From positions 16,559,099 through 16,623,098 of the forward strand of contig NC_069004.1 of NCBI RefSeq assembly GCF_001194135.2: DNA of 64,000 bases, read 5' to 3'. Below, in pieces: positions 1 to 10,731 of the stretch; position 1 is the stretch's first letter, and each line of letters starts with the position of its first letter. A program made the translations under genes and the position numbers. This DNA is from Octopus bimaculoides. Its lineage: Eukaryota. The notes below the pieces were generated by a model. That model did not search any database, had not been told where the DNA came from, and worked only from the letters and a program-made list of their open reading frames with translations.

Positions 1-1040
1 AGTGTTATTTCCTGTTGGGGAACAGCTGACAGTTAGAGGGGGCCAAATCTGGAGAAAAGGAATGAGGATCAACCATTTCAAATCCACAGTCATGCCCAGC
101 GGTCATGGAAACCAATGACTCGTGTGCTGAAGCATTCTCCTGATGAAGACTCCTTTCATCAGTTTTACTGGTCATTTGGTCTTGATAGCTTTCTGTAACT
201 GCCTCAGCAAGTTAGCATAGTACTCTCCATTGATGGTGTAGCCCTTTTGAAGATAGTAAACACAATGCCTTTTGCATCCCAAAAAACTGAGGCCATCACC
301 TTCTCTACAGAGGAAACAACCTTGGCCTTCTCTAGAGCAAGTGAGGAGAAATGTTTCCATTGCATGGAATTTCTCTGTCTCCGGCTCAAAGTAATGAAAC
401 CAACACTCATCCTGGTTTAGGAAACATTCAAGGAAATCAGCTGGATCTGTCTCAAAGAATGTCAGATTTTCCCATGATGTGATCAGCCTGATATGTTTTT
501 GATCAAATATCAGAACACTTGGCACCCACCAAGCAGAAACCTTCATCATACCAAGTTCATTGTGCAGATTATTCTCAACTCTCTCATGAGATATGCTGAT
601 AGCATGGGCTATTTGATTTATAGTCAATCATCTGTCATCCATCAGCATGTGCTGAACATGATCAATGTTTTCTTTGATGGTGGCTGTTGCATGACATCCA
701 GACCTTGGGTCATCTTCAGGACTCTTAAATTCAGCTGCCCACGTTTGCACTGCTGATAAAGTTGGAGTGTCATCCTCTAATGTAGCAACTATGTAAGCAT
801 GAATGTCTTTGGGAGCTAAACACTTTCTGAAAGTGCTTGATTACACTGCAATGCCAAATTTTGTCCATTTTCAAGAGAAGTTGCTACTAGTTACTTTTGA
901 ACAGTGACCTATCAGTTTACCTGGAAAGAAACAATACAATTGATAAGAAGAAGAAGAGTTGAAATTAATGCATCAAGATTTCACAGCTCTAGCATCGCTT
1001 CCTCATTGTCAGCCTATGGACTTTTCAGCACATCCTCATC
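1..1040 (-). mobile_element. Degenerate mariner transposon (frameshifted transposase)
   Basis: Minus-strand WVPSVL, DECWFHYFEPET, KVMASVFWD and FSPDLAPS motifs; TIR-like end TA|GATGAGGATGTGCTGAAAAGTCC at about 1040. Confidence 0.85.
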
Positions 1041-1099
1041 TATGTAGTGCGAGTTGTCTTGTTGTATAGGGTGTGTATTGTATGTGAAGATTGTTCTAT

Positions 1100-1614
1100 T
1101 TCAGCTATTCTATTGAATTGATAGTGTCTTGCACAAGATGTGGGCTATTCCTAGCAAAGCTATTTTTTAGGCAGTGTGTAGTGTTGTGAACCCTGCTATG
1201 GCTTCTATGTTTCCTTTTCTATATTTCTAATTATACCTAATGCTCTAATTGCTAGTAGTACCATTTGCACCCTCCTACTCACCATCTTGAATATTTTAAT
1301 TTCAAGATCCTTGTATTTTTACAGTTTCTCGACCTCCTTCTGGGCAACATTTTCATCAGAAGGGATTGTGATGTCTACCAGTGTTCATGTGTTTGTTTTT
1401 TTGGTATTATTATGTCTGGACAGTTTGCCTTGATCACTTTGTCAGTTTGGATGGGTATATCCCAGGTTGTTGCTACCAGGTTATTGTCTTGTACTGTGTT
1501 CAATACCTTCTTGTATCACTTATTAAGTGTTCACATTGAAGTGTCTATATATTACCCAGTGGATGTAGCTGCCAACGCAATCATGCCTGTGGATATACTC
1601 AGATGTGGCAAGGG

Positions 1615-1615
<1 letters not shown>
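1100..1615 (-). mobile_element. R4/Dong-type (restriction-like endonuclease) non-LTR retrotransposon, 3' remnant
   Basis: Minus strand reads YIHRHDCVGSYIHW, PDIII...VDITIPSDENV..KEVEKL.KYKDL, ALG and KIALLGIAHILCKTL; abuts (TTA)n at 1615-1664. Confidence 0.75.
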
Positions 1616-1646
<31 letters not shown>

Positions 1647-2311
1647 GTTATTATTATTATTATTTCCATTACATTCCTTTTGCAGATGATAGAAGTGAGG
1701 AAAAATTGTGATAAATCACGTTAAGTTTAACATCTTGTGTTTTTTTTTGTTTTTTTTTTTAAGTTCTAATATTACTGGGATTGGTTTTTAACTTCTGTGT
1801 TGATGAGCTTTCATAAAAAAGTACCAGTTTTATAAGAATAGTCTAAGGATAATATGTATTTTATGCTCTAGTTTTTTTTTTTCTTGAAAATGAAATTCGT
1901 ATAATATAAACTCATGTACCACAAGGAAAAGCAAATACTGACAATTTAGAGAGCATTCTTTCTTGCCAGAAAGCTCCGTCTCCAATTTCCTTGGATCTTC
2001 TTCCTCAACAAATCTGGCATCTTTTTCAGATAGCTGAGCACCACAAAAAGCCTTTAATGATTTTTTTAAACCCTTTACCTCTGAAGTTCTAGTTCAGTAT
2101 CTTATCCATTCTGCTATATTCTATTTTAATAATAATAATAATACACTAAGATAATTTAACCAGTTATATACCTCCTGTATACTAAGTGAAATGATATTCA
2201 GTGTTCATTTTGTTTCTTTTGCTCTTCTGCTGAGTCATTTCATTTATTGAAACTGAATGAGTCTCAACATCACCATTATCGTGAAGTGTTCCTTTGCTAT
2301 TGTTGTTACAG

Positions 2312-2389
2312 GCTCCAGTGCTTGGCCATCAGACAACTCTGCTGCGAAAGGGAAGACTTTTTTCTGTCGGATGCTGATCAAGCCTTCAG
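2312..2389 (+). CDS. NCOA: NCOA exon, PAS-A (GSSAWPSDNSAAKGKTFFCRMLIKPS)
   Basis: ttacag|GC...TCAG|gtaaaa; 78 nt, phase 1-1; matches the NCOA motif W...(S/K)xTFxCRML. Confidence 0.9.
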
Positions 2390-2404
2390 GTAAAACTAGT
2401 ATAT

Positions 2405-2466
2405 ATATATCTCTCTCTTTCTCTCCTCTCTCTCTCTCCTCTCTCTCTCTCCTCTCTCTCTCTTTC

Positions 2467-2518
<52 letters not shown>

Positions 2519-2519
2519 T

Positions 2520-2563
<44 letters not shown>
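2405..2563. repeat. (CT)n polypyrimidine microsatellite
   Basis: Direct reading; starts about 16 nt after the exon donor. Confidence 0.95.
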
Positions 2564-2567
<4 letters not shown>

Positions 2568-3365
2568 TGCGTGTATGTGTCATAAAGTACCATCTTGAAA
2601 CAATGTGTGTTAGTTTTCTATGTGAATGCACAAAAAATATTTCATTTCATTTTGTCTGATGATTTATTGCTATCATTCAGCTATTCATTTAATATTTTTC
2701 CATGTTTGTATCTCTAATTTCATCTATTTCCATAGGAACCATGCCACCTACCTCCTATTCCTGCCAGATATTGTATAGAGGATATGAGGTTTTATTGCTT
2801 GATGCCCTTCCTAATAGTAAAGGTCTATTGGAGTACATTTAGTGTTGCATCAGCATCAGAGGGGCTTCTAACAAACCCTCATTTCTCCGTTAGCTTTCAG
2901 AAATAGAGAAATTTGCTATTATGTACATTGAGCTGTTCATTTCAGAAAGTTATTTTAAGAGTTAAACAAACCACTTCTAATCTCTTCATAATTAAAACTA
3001 ATAATTGTAAAGTTAGGCTTACTAAATTTGTTGTTAGATGGTGGAATAGCAGAAATGGTGTTTTGGGTAGTGAAATTACAAAAATGATATAGTAAGTTCC
3101 AATCCAATGAAAGCATTACCATTCTTTGCTTTTGGGTTACTAAAATAGTACCAGGCATATACTAGGATACTTCTTTCAATTTTACTTAGCTCTACAAATT
3201 TATTTCCTTATGCCTATATAAAATCATTTTAGTGTTACATGTGGTGGTTTGGCAGAAATGATAGCTGGGTTAGAAGAGCCAAACAGTATTTAGTTTTATC
3301 ATCTTCTTGCAGTGTTCAATTTTCATCAGCTGTTAATTATACTTGATTGGGATTTATTGTTACAG

Positions 3366-3467
3366 GTGAAGACAGTAGTGATGATGCCCAAGTGGAACAT
3401 ATGCAGATATCCACTGCAGTTCAACCCTGCATTGGGGAAAAGTTTTCAGATTCTCAAGAGGATTCAG
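3366..3467 (+). CDS. NCOA: NCOA exon, PAS-A (GEDSSDDAQVEHMQISTAVQPCIGEKFSDSQEDS)
   Basis: ttacag|GT...TCAG|gtaagc; 102 nt, phase 1-1; HMQISTAVQP aligns with NCOA ETMQCFAVSQP. Confidence 0.85.
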
Positions 3468-4134
3468 GTAAGCTTCATATGTGATACGTAATTTACAAAA
3501 TTGTACGAAATATGTAATAGCCAAAATTTTCCTGTTCTCTAAGCTTCTTTTACAAATGACAGTATAACTTAACGCAAAAAGGGACAAGTATTTACTTGAG
3601 GCTTTTACTTTGTTTGTTTCACCCTCGAGAAACTAGAGATTGACATTGTTGAACATCTCTTTGACAGTTGTTTTAAAAGTGGCCGTGATGACTCATTTCA
3701 TATTGCTTGTCACTCAGCATTGAGTAGAACTCTCCATTAAATGGACAATCTCAGCATGGATGAGATATTACACAAACAATGACTACATAACCATTACCAG
3801 ATGTCTGATGTGAGTCTAATTTTATAGTTGAGAAGAACAACCACTACTGTTTGTCTAGTTCTGCCTTTGGACAGGACCATATTTTAATTAATTAGTAAGT
3901 TACTAAATGAACTACAGTATAGTCAGTACTCTGCTAGTAAACTGGTCTTTCCCAGAATAGTAATTGAGAATTGAAACCAGAATAGTTCTTGTTTCTTGTC
4001 AAAGAACACAAGCACAGCATAGATAAGAGACTGGGTTTAAAATGTAATCATTTTCATGGTATTGTTTTTCAGTGTGTTCATTCTTCAATTCCTTTGTTTA
4101 TTCCCATCTTAAAGGTGTTCTTCTTTTTTTATAG

Positions 4135-4258
4135 AGCGGCAGTCTTGCTTACTTTGTATAGCTAGGCGGGATAAAACGCATGATAAGATGAGTACAGCCA
4201 TGAAAAAATTTACTACAAAACAGGATTTAAATGGAAAAATTATTGCCTGTGATGCAAG
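4135..4258 (+). CDS. NCOA: NCOA exon, PAS-A end and PAS-B start (ERQSCLLCIARR...KFTTKQDLNGKIIACDA)
   Basis: tttatag|AG...GCAAG|gtatgg; 124 nt, phase 1-2; strongly conserved p160 motif. Confidence 0.95.
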
Positions 4259-4689
4259 GTATGGAAAAAATTTTTCCTTTTTTATATATAGATCTGTTAT
4301 TGGAGAAGGCACACTTTATTGACCGACAACTATCACCTATTAGAATTGTTCTCATTATTTTTACTACTGAAATAGAGAAAACCACGTTAACAGAATGTCA
4401 GTCTGAATAGTTTGTAGTCTATCAGCACCACTGCAGTGTGTTAATGGTCACCATATGTAATTCCCAACTTCCTGGAAATGCCAATTGATGGGATATCTTA
4501 TCATTGTAAGCAGTAGCACTATAAAATTAATGATTGTTTCATAAGTTTTCAATACTAAGTTCAGTTCTTCCAGGAAATGTCAACTTAAGAGAACAATGTA
4601 TTATAGTCATGCTCCTATAATGTAGTGGGGAAAAGGTGCAAATTCTTCTGGGAGGGCAACAACAACAGTGTGTGTACAAGAATTGTGTT

Positions 4690-6300
4690 GCTAGCAGACA
4701 AATGAATAAAGTAATTGAAGTACTCAGTGTCCAGCAACATAATTAAACTTAGACTTGTCATAGACAGTCCTTCTGCATGTGCACCACAACTGACAGATGA
4801 ACAGAACAATCGATTTTATGAAGCTTACATACAGACAACAAATGACAGAAATCTCATTATTATGGCTGGTGACCTTAATAGACATATGATAGTTTATCCA
4901 CCTTAAATGAGGCTATGAATATGGTAAAAAGAATGGAATGTTGAAGGCTCCTGAAGTTCTGTGACACAAATGACCTAACTTTTTGCATCAAGAAACTAAC
5001 CTGCTGCCTGATCTCTTCCTAATCAAACACCTGAGACTTCACACTCATCAGGAAATAGGATAGACAGTTAGCTGTGAATGCTAAACTTTTCCTTGGTGAA
5101 AAATGTACCACTGAACATGACTAGAGATTAGTGACTCTAGAGTAAGGGCTAAACATAGTCAGAAGCAGAAGACAAACTGGAGAAGGAAGATGTTGAAGCT
5201 GAAAGGTCCTGTAACCAAGAGAAGTACTAGTTGATACATATAACATAAAAGACAGAGGATAACTAGGATTTCCTATTAAAAGCACCTGTTAAAGGTTACA
5301 GTGCAGACCCAGCTGGTGCAAAGTACATAGTACTGGCAGAAAGTAGAATTATACACGAAACAGTCATAAAAACTAAGATATAGGTCTGGAATAACTGAAA
5401 GAAAAGGAGGAACTAAGAATGATATCAAAAAGCTAGAAGAGAAGCCAAAAGTAGGAGGTCGGCAGATGTTCTGCAATGTAATGATCAGAGGCGTGAGAAG
5501 TTTCAGATTGCAAAACAATATTCTAGAGAGAATAGACATCGTTGTAGAGAATTATGTGCAGAATAATAACAGTGCATTTGCCATTACTGGTACTAAAAAA
5601 GAAAGAGGCATGGATGTGCTATTATATGATGTTTTTTGGGTTTTTTTAACAAGGAGAATGCATAAGAAAAAGAAAGCCTAACCTTAGTTGCCCCAACTGA
5701 GGGATCAGGCATTGAAGTTGACAGCTGTATGGTGAAGAATGCAATGTAGCATATGATGGCTGGGAAGACAGCTGGACCATGAGGAGTAGTTGCTGAGATC
5801 TTTAAAATATCTGATAAGTTGGTTACAGCTACTTGCATAGTCATTAATGTAGTACAGAGAAGTGTTATTTCCTATGACTGGCATAGTAAAATCCTCCTCA
5901 CCATCAACAACTACAAAGGCAAAGGAGATGCACCAGAGAGAGATAAATTAATGGACCATGTTTGAAAGTTACCTAGGTTTATAGCACAACTGATTAGGAA
6001 GATATTTAGCCTTGACAGGGTAGCTCTACCTAGCTTAGTACCATAAGAGTTCCATAGGGTATTCGTTGCAAACTATGAATGCACAAAAGTTGTTTTGGAA
6101 TAACAGGTCAGTTGATGGGGGAAAAAACTTTATATATTGGCAGATGTACAGGGGGAGTTAGCAGTAACAATACACTGGAAAAAAATTCTTTCAAATGCTC
6201 AGAAGTTTCCCAAGAAGTAGGCAATAGCATTTGTTACCAAGGTGACCTAATTAGTAATGGAGGTGGATGTTCTGATAGCATAGGTGCCAGAATGCAGTAG
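4690..6300 (+). mobile_element. Degenerate RTE-clade LINE (AP endonuclease and RT remnants)
   Basis: SACAPQ...DEQNNRFYE...IIMAGDLN (APE); AGP.GVVAEIFK and YKGKGDA (RT linker); many stops. Confidence 0.7.
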
Positions 6301-6769
6301 AAAATGTCCAGTTACTTCCCCATCCCTTACACATTGTTACTTTCACTTTCAACACCCTATTTATCTATTTTTCTGTCATTTCTGTTCAATTGTTTTCATT
6401 AAAAATGAATAATTAGGTTTTTCTTTGAGATACTTTGGGAATGTTTGCATAAATTTTCACACCATGTCTATTTAACATAGCAAAATTACATAGAAATGTT
6501 TCATTTCAACTTTCTTTCCTTGCATCTACTTTTTATTGTTTATTATTAAGTAATATATTGATTTCATTTAATGTCGGTTACAATACAGTAATACAATATA
6601 TATAGAGAAGTGTATTATTACTGTTTTCTTATACATCTACATATAAATGTGTAATATATCTAGATTGAGAAGTGTAACTATTATATATCTAGATAATTTT
6701 TTTAAAGTTATGTAACAATTTATAATAAAAAACAAAATTCCTTGATTCGTTATTTTTCACTTTTTTTAG

Positions 6770-6876
6770 TCAAATCTCAGGAAACCATAATAAATTCTCA
6801 GACCTTGTTGGACGTCGACTGCAAGATCTATGTCACAGTAGTGATGTGCCGAATATAAAGCAACATTTGCAGGATG
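6770..6876 (+). CDS. NCOA: NCOA exon, PAS-B (SQISGNHNKFSDLVGRRLQDLCHSSDVPNIKQHLQD)
   Basis: tttttag|T...GATG|gtaagc; 107 nt, phase 2-1; PAS signature LVGR..DLCH..D. Confidence 0.9.
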
Positions 6877-6944
6877 GTAAGCAATAACACTTTCTAGTTT
6901 CAAATTCAACATGAAAACCTTTTATTTTATGGTCGTGTTGGTGC

Positions 6945-7262
6945 TTAAATCTTTTAAACTATTCCAAAGTACAGTTCTATATTTAAGAAATGAGGAATTA
7001 TGTACATTATTTATATTTGACGGATATTTGTCATCATCTTGTTTGTTGTTGACACAACGTTTTGGCTGATATACCCTCCAGCCTTCATCAGGTGTCTTGG
7101 GGAAATTTTGAACCTGGGTTCTCATTCCTAAGGGGGGTTTTTTTTATGTTGTTGTTGTTGTTATTATTATTAAGGTCACTACCTGGAATTGAACTCGGAA
7201 TCTTGGGGTTAGTAGCCCGCACTCTTAACCACTATGCCATATGCCCATGGGCATATGGCATA
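6945..7262 (-). mobile_element. tRNA-headed SINE-like element with a Penelope-type hammerhead motif
   Basis: A box TGGCATAGTGG (7239-7229), B box GAGTTCAATTCC (7196-7185), an (AAT)n(AAC)n spacer, then a hammerhead core at 7096-7051. Confidence 0.75.
7051..7096 (-). ncRNA. Minimal type I hammerhead ribozyme fold (this copy has G12>A, so probably inactive)
   Basis: GACAC-CTGATGA-A-GGCTG[gagggtatat]CAGCC-AAAA-CG-TT-GTGTC: stem I GACAC/GTGTC, stem II GGCTG/CAGCC, palindromic AACGTT helix III. Confidence 0.7.
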
Positions 7263-8329
7263 ATGTATTCCAAAGTACCATTCAACTGCACTAGCTCTCT
7301 TGGATATTTTATATTTTTTCTGTTGCTGTATTATATAAAGATGTTTCAGGGTCAGTAATTATAACAATCTACACCAATAATTAATCAAAGATGAAATCAA
7401 AGTTTCTTCTCAGCAGTTGATATAGAGCAGTTTCAATGCAAACTGTTGATCCTGTGTGTATTTTCAGTTCAGATCTTTTCCACACCTCTCAGTCATATAT
7501 CACACTCTCTGGTTCATTTCATTTGCATCTTTTTATATCCTTCATTGTGCCATTTAAAACTTCCCTATAATTCTCAAACATATTTGTATGAGGTCATTTT
7601 ACTCACTTTCTTGAGGCATCTCCATCAGATGGGTTAGTTCACATACAGAGGTAGTTATGGTGTGTCTACAGGCCTTTTTTTCTCTTCAGCTTGCACACAA
7701 TCTATATATACTTACAAATTTCTACAATGCAATGCATTCTAGATGTTCTTTAAGTTTTTCTGATGTATTTTAATTCTTTCTTTAAAATTTCACTATTGCT
7801 ATCAGTTTTGTAGTTCTAGGATAAAAGTTTTAAACACTTACCATTGAAACCATTGATAAGAATTTTTTTTTTAATCTTCTTTTTCTTGAAGACACTTTTA
7901 AATGTGGAACTGGACCAGTTTCCACTCACACATTCATTTACCCATATTGTTTCCATTCATTCAACCCTATACTACCCACTATTGAGTGCTTCCTTCTCAG
8001 AATGTCACTTCTCTGAAGTTCCCTCTATGCCCATGGTTTTTTTTTTGCAATCATCATCTTGCAAATATTCAATCACATTAATCTCACCAAAGAATCAAGG
8101 TTACTTTGGGATTAAACAACACAAGAAATCAGACTGTACATTTAGCATGTGTCAGAATTCTTTATTAAGATATTTCTGCAAAGATCCACTCCATTATCAT
8201 GTAATATATTATAGAGATCACATTATAACCAACACAATCAATAAGCACATCATATTTTGTAGTTCAAAGGTTACATTGATAACTCCCTACAACATATGAA
8301 ATTGTAATATGACTCATATACTAATTCTT

Positions 8330-8720
8330 CTGTACTCATACACTATAATGTGTAGTTAATGGAGGGGCTAATCAACAGGATTAGATACAGCGGTTGGTAC
8401 TGAACATGAGCCATTTAATATAGCAAGGGTGATGAGAGGGGTGAGATGAGTAAGCCTGGGTTGTTGTGTGACCCCAGATCAGCTCTGCTTGAGCAGTTCC
8501 AGGGCAAATCAGCCAAATGACTAGGTATGATTTGCCTTTTTGTTGGTTTAGTTATACCATGTCTCCACACTCAGTTGTGCAGATGAATCACATGTAATGC
8601 AGTGTGACAGACCTGGGTAGAGGTGGTATGCGACTAGCTAGTTCAGAAGAATAGAGGCAATTATGATAGGGATAGAATAGGCATAGAAAGGAAGTGGTAT
8701 GCCTATGGGCCAGAGGTTGT
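8330..8720 (-). mobile_element. CR1/L2-group LINE 3' remnant
   Basis: Minus frame PLAHRHTTSFLCLFYPYHNCLYSSELASRIPP resembles the C-terminal PLxHRRxVASLxLFYxYY...SxEL motif. Confidence 0.5.
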
Positions 8721-9083
8721 TCTATTGATTGAATCCATTGTTATTTAGACCTTGTTTTGGACGTAACCCAAGATCTATGTGTAACAACAACATTGCTCCC
8801 AGGTATGTGAGCAGTAACTTTAACATAGCCTGGTGTTGCCATCCGGTTTCACCAGTCCTCAGTCAAATCGTCCAGCCCATGCTAGCATGGAAAGCAGACG
8901 TTAAACGATGATGATGATGATGATGATGATCTTAGTAGGGAATTGTTGAGGGTCAGAAACTGACCAAATATTTTTTGGCCCTAAAGAGAAGCTATGTTAT
9001 TCTGAGGTTGCCAAGAAAGATCTCCCAAGATTGTGAAATCTAACATTTGTAATGACTCTGTTTTAATTGAGAATTGTTCATGA

Positions 9084-10221
9084 TTAACCCTTTCGTTACT
9101 ATATTTCTGACCAAAATACACCCCTCATGAGTTTCAATTAAATTCTAAAATAATCATGAATTTAGACTAGTCTCATTAAACACCTGTAACTTCTTTATTT
9201 ATCAACATATTAATGTGATATTTGGAACATAATTAAAGAAAGGGTTCTTAATCAATTCTATTGCATAATTTTTGTCTCTGGGGTACTGCTAGTGTCTCTC
9301 ACATGTAAATATTGGTTCAGCTTCACGAATCGTACTCGTTCATAATACTGGAAATATATTCATCGCCAAAAGGTTCCTGATCACTCCAGTAATTTGTTAT
9401 TCTGGGTAACTGTCTAATACCCATAATAATATTTANNNNNNNNNNNNNNNNNNNNNNNNNNNNNNNNNNNNNNNNNNNNNNNNNNNNNNNNNNNNNNNNN
9501 NNNNNNNNNNNNNNNNNNNNNNNNNNNNNNNNNNNNNNNNNNNNNNNNNNNNNNNNNNNNNNNNNNNNNNNNNNNNNNNNNNNNNNNNNNNNNNNNNNNN
9601 NNNNNNNNNNNNNNNNNNNNNNNNNNNNNNNNNNNNNNNNNNNNNNNNNNNNNNNNNNNNNNNNNNNNNNNNNNNNNNNNNNNNNNNNNNNNNNNNNNNN
9701 NNNNNNNNNNNNNNNNNNNNNNNNNNNNNNNNNNNNNNNNNNNNNNNNNNNNNNNNNNNNNNNNNNNNNNNNNNNNNNNNNNNNNNNNNNNNNNNNNNNN
9801 NNNNNNNNNNNNNNNNNNNNNNNNNNNNNNNNNNNNNNNNNNNNNNNNNNNNNNNNNNNNNNNNNNNNNNNNNNNNNNNNNNNNNNNTTCTTCGATATCT
9901 CCATATCTTCTGTTGAAAAACCTTCAAATTCGGAATCACTGCTTGATAGCATGAAACTCCTCTCCATCTTCAAAGTTGAAAAAAATTAACGCCACAAAAA
10001 ATGTGGAAAAAAATCTTCCAAAATTCACTAAGTTCAAATATCACGACAAACAATGTTGGATACAATAACTCAACTGTTTGCAAAGTGAAATCAGGTGTTT
10101 TAACGAATGTACTAACGAGATTTGGGTTCAAATATACATTTAAATAACAATGAGTATGCTCGGCCGGGTTAGTCTTATGAACCAAAAAATTTTTCGGCCG
10201 GGTTAGTAACGAAAGGGTTAA
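9084..10221 (-). mobile_element. Internally deleted piggyBac element with perfect TIRs and TTAA target duplication
   Basis: TTAA (9084-9087), CCCTTTCGTTACTA ... TAGTAACGAAAGGG, TTAA (10218-10221); minus-strand SSDSEFEGF and MGIRQLPRITNYWS...MNEY transposase remnants. Confidence 0.92.
9436..9887. other. Assembly gap (452 N)
   Basis: Run of N; further gaps at 11085-11582, 26562-26571 and 51272-51281. Confidence 1.
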
Positions 10222-10731
10222 AGAGGGAATTAGACTATTTCTTTGATATGAAAAGTAATAGTGTTACTGTACTTTTAAAAAAGATAAAATGTCCATGTGC
10301 TCATTGAAACTTATTTACAAGATTTCTGTTTCTGAATCAGTGTAAAATTTGAAGAAAGCAGTGCTTTTATTAGCTTTCACAGTGCTACATATAATATTAG
10401 GACATGGACATGAATGTATTATCTCTCACTTAAACAAGTCTGTAACCTCAGTTACAGCTAACGCACTCATGGTAATAAAAAGAAATATCAGAAAAAATGT
10501 TTATCAACCTATGGCTTTTGAATTTTGTTTGTAATGTACACTTACTGAAGTCTTGCAGCTATATGCGGAAGGGGATCTATGATTATGGACTCTGTAGTCA
10601 CTGCACCTCCAATTACGTGTTTGAAAATCTTGCATATAAGGACACTAGATGTCAAGAGGAAACCTAGATCCATTAGAAGTATAACATTTGTAGTTTAAGC
10701 TCAAAACAGTACACTTTATTTTTATTTTATA

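Noticed and set aside
2386-2631. RE-repeat ORFs, and similar YI/CV/HT-repeat ORFs at 23925-24298, 26352, 53109, 57781, 60565 and 61678-62046
   Set aside because: These are translations of (CT)n, (AT)n and (CA)n microsatellites, not genes
4203-4205. Genomic Lys (AAA) where vertebrate NCOA has Glu, as a possible restorative A-to-I recoding site
   Set aside because: The 5' neighbour is G, which ADARs disfavour, and the alignment position is variable; it cannot be supported from DNA alone
7170-7246. tRNA gene call (also 63497-63570)
   Set aside because: A and B boxes are present, but there is no closing acceptor stem or nearby T-run terminator and the sequence continues into repeat body; these are SINE heads
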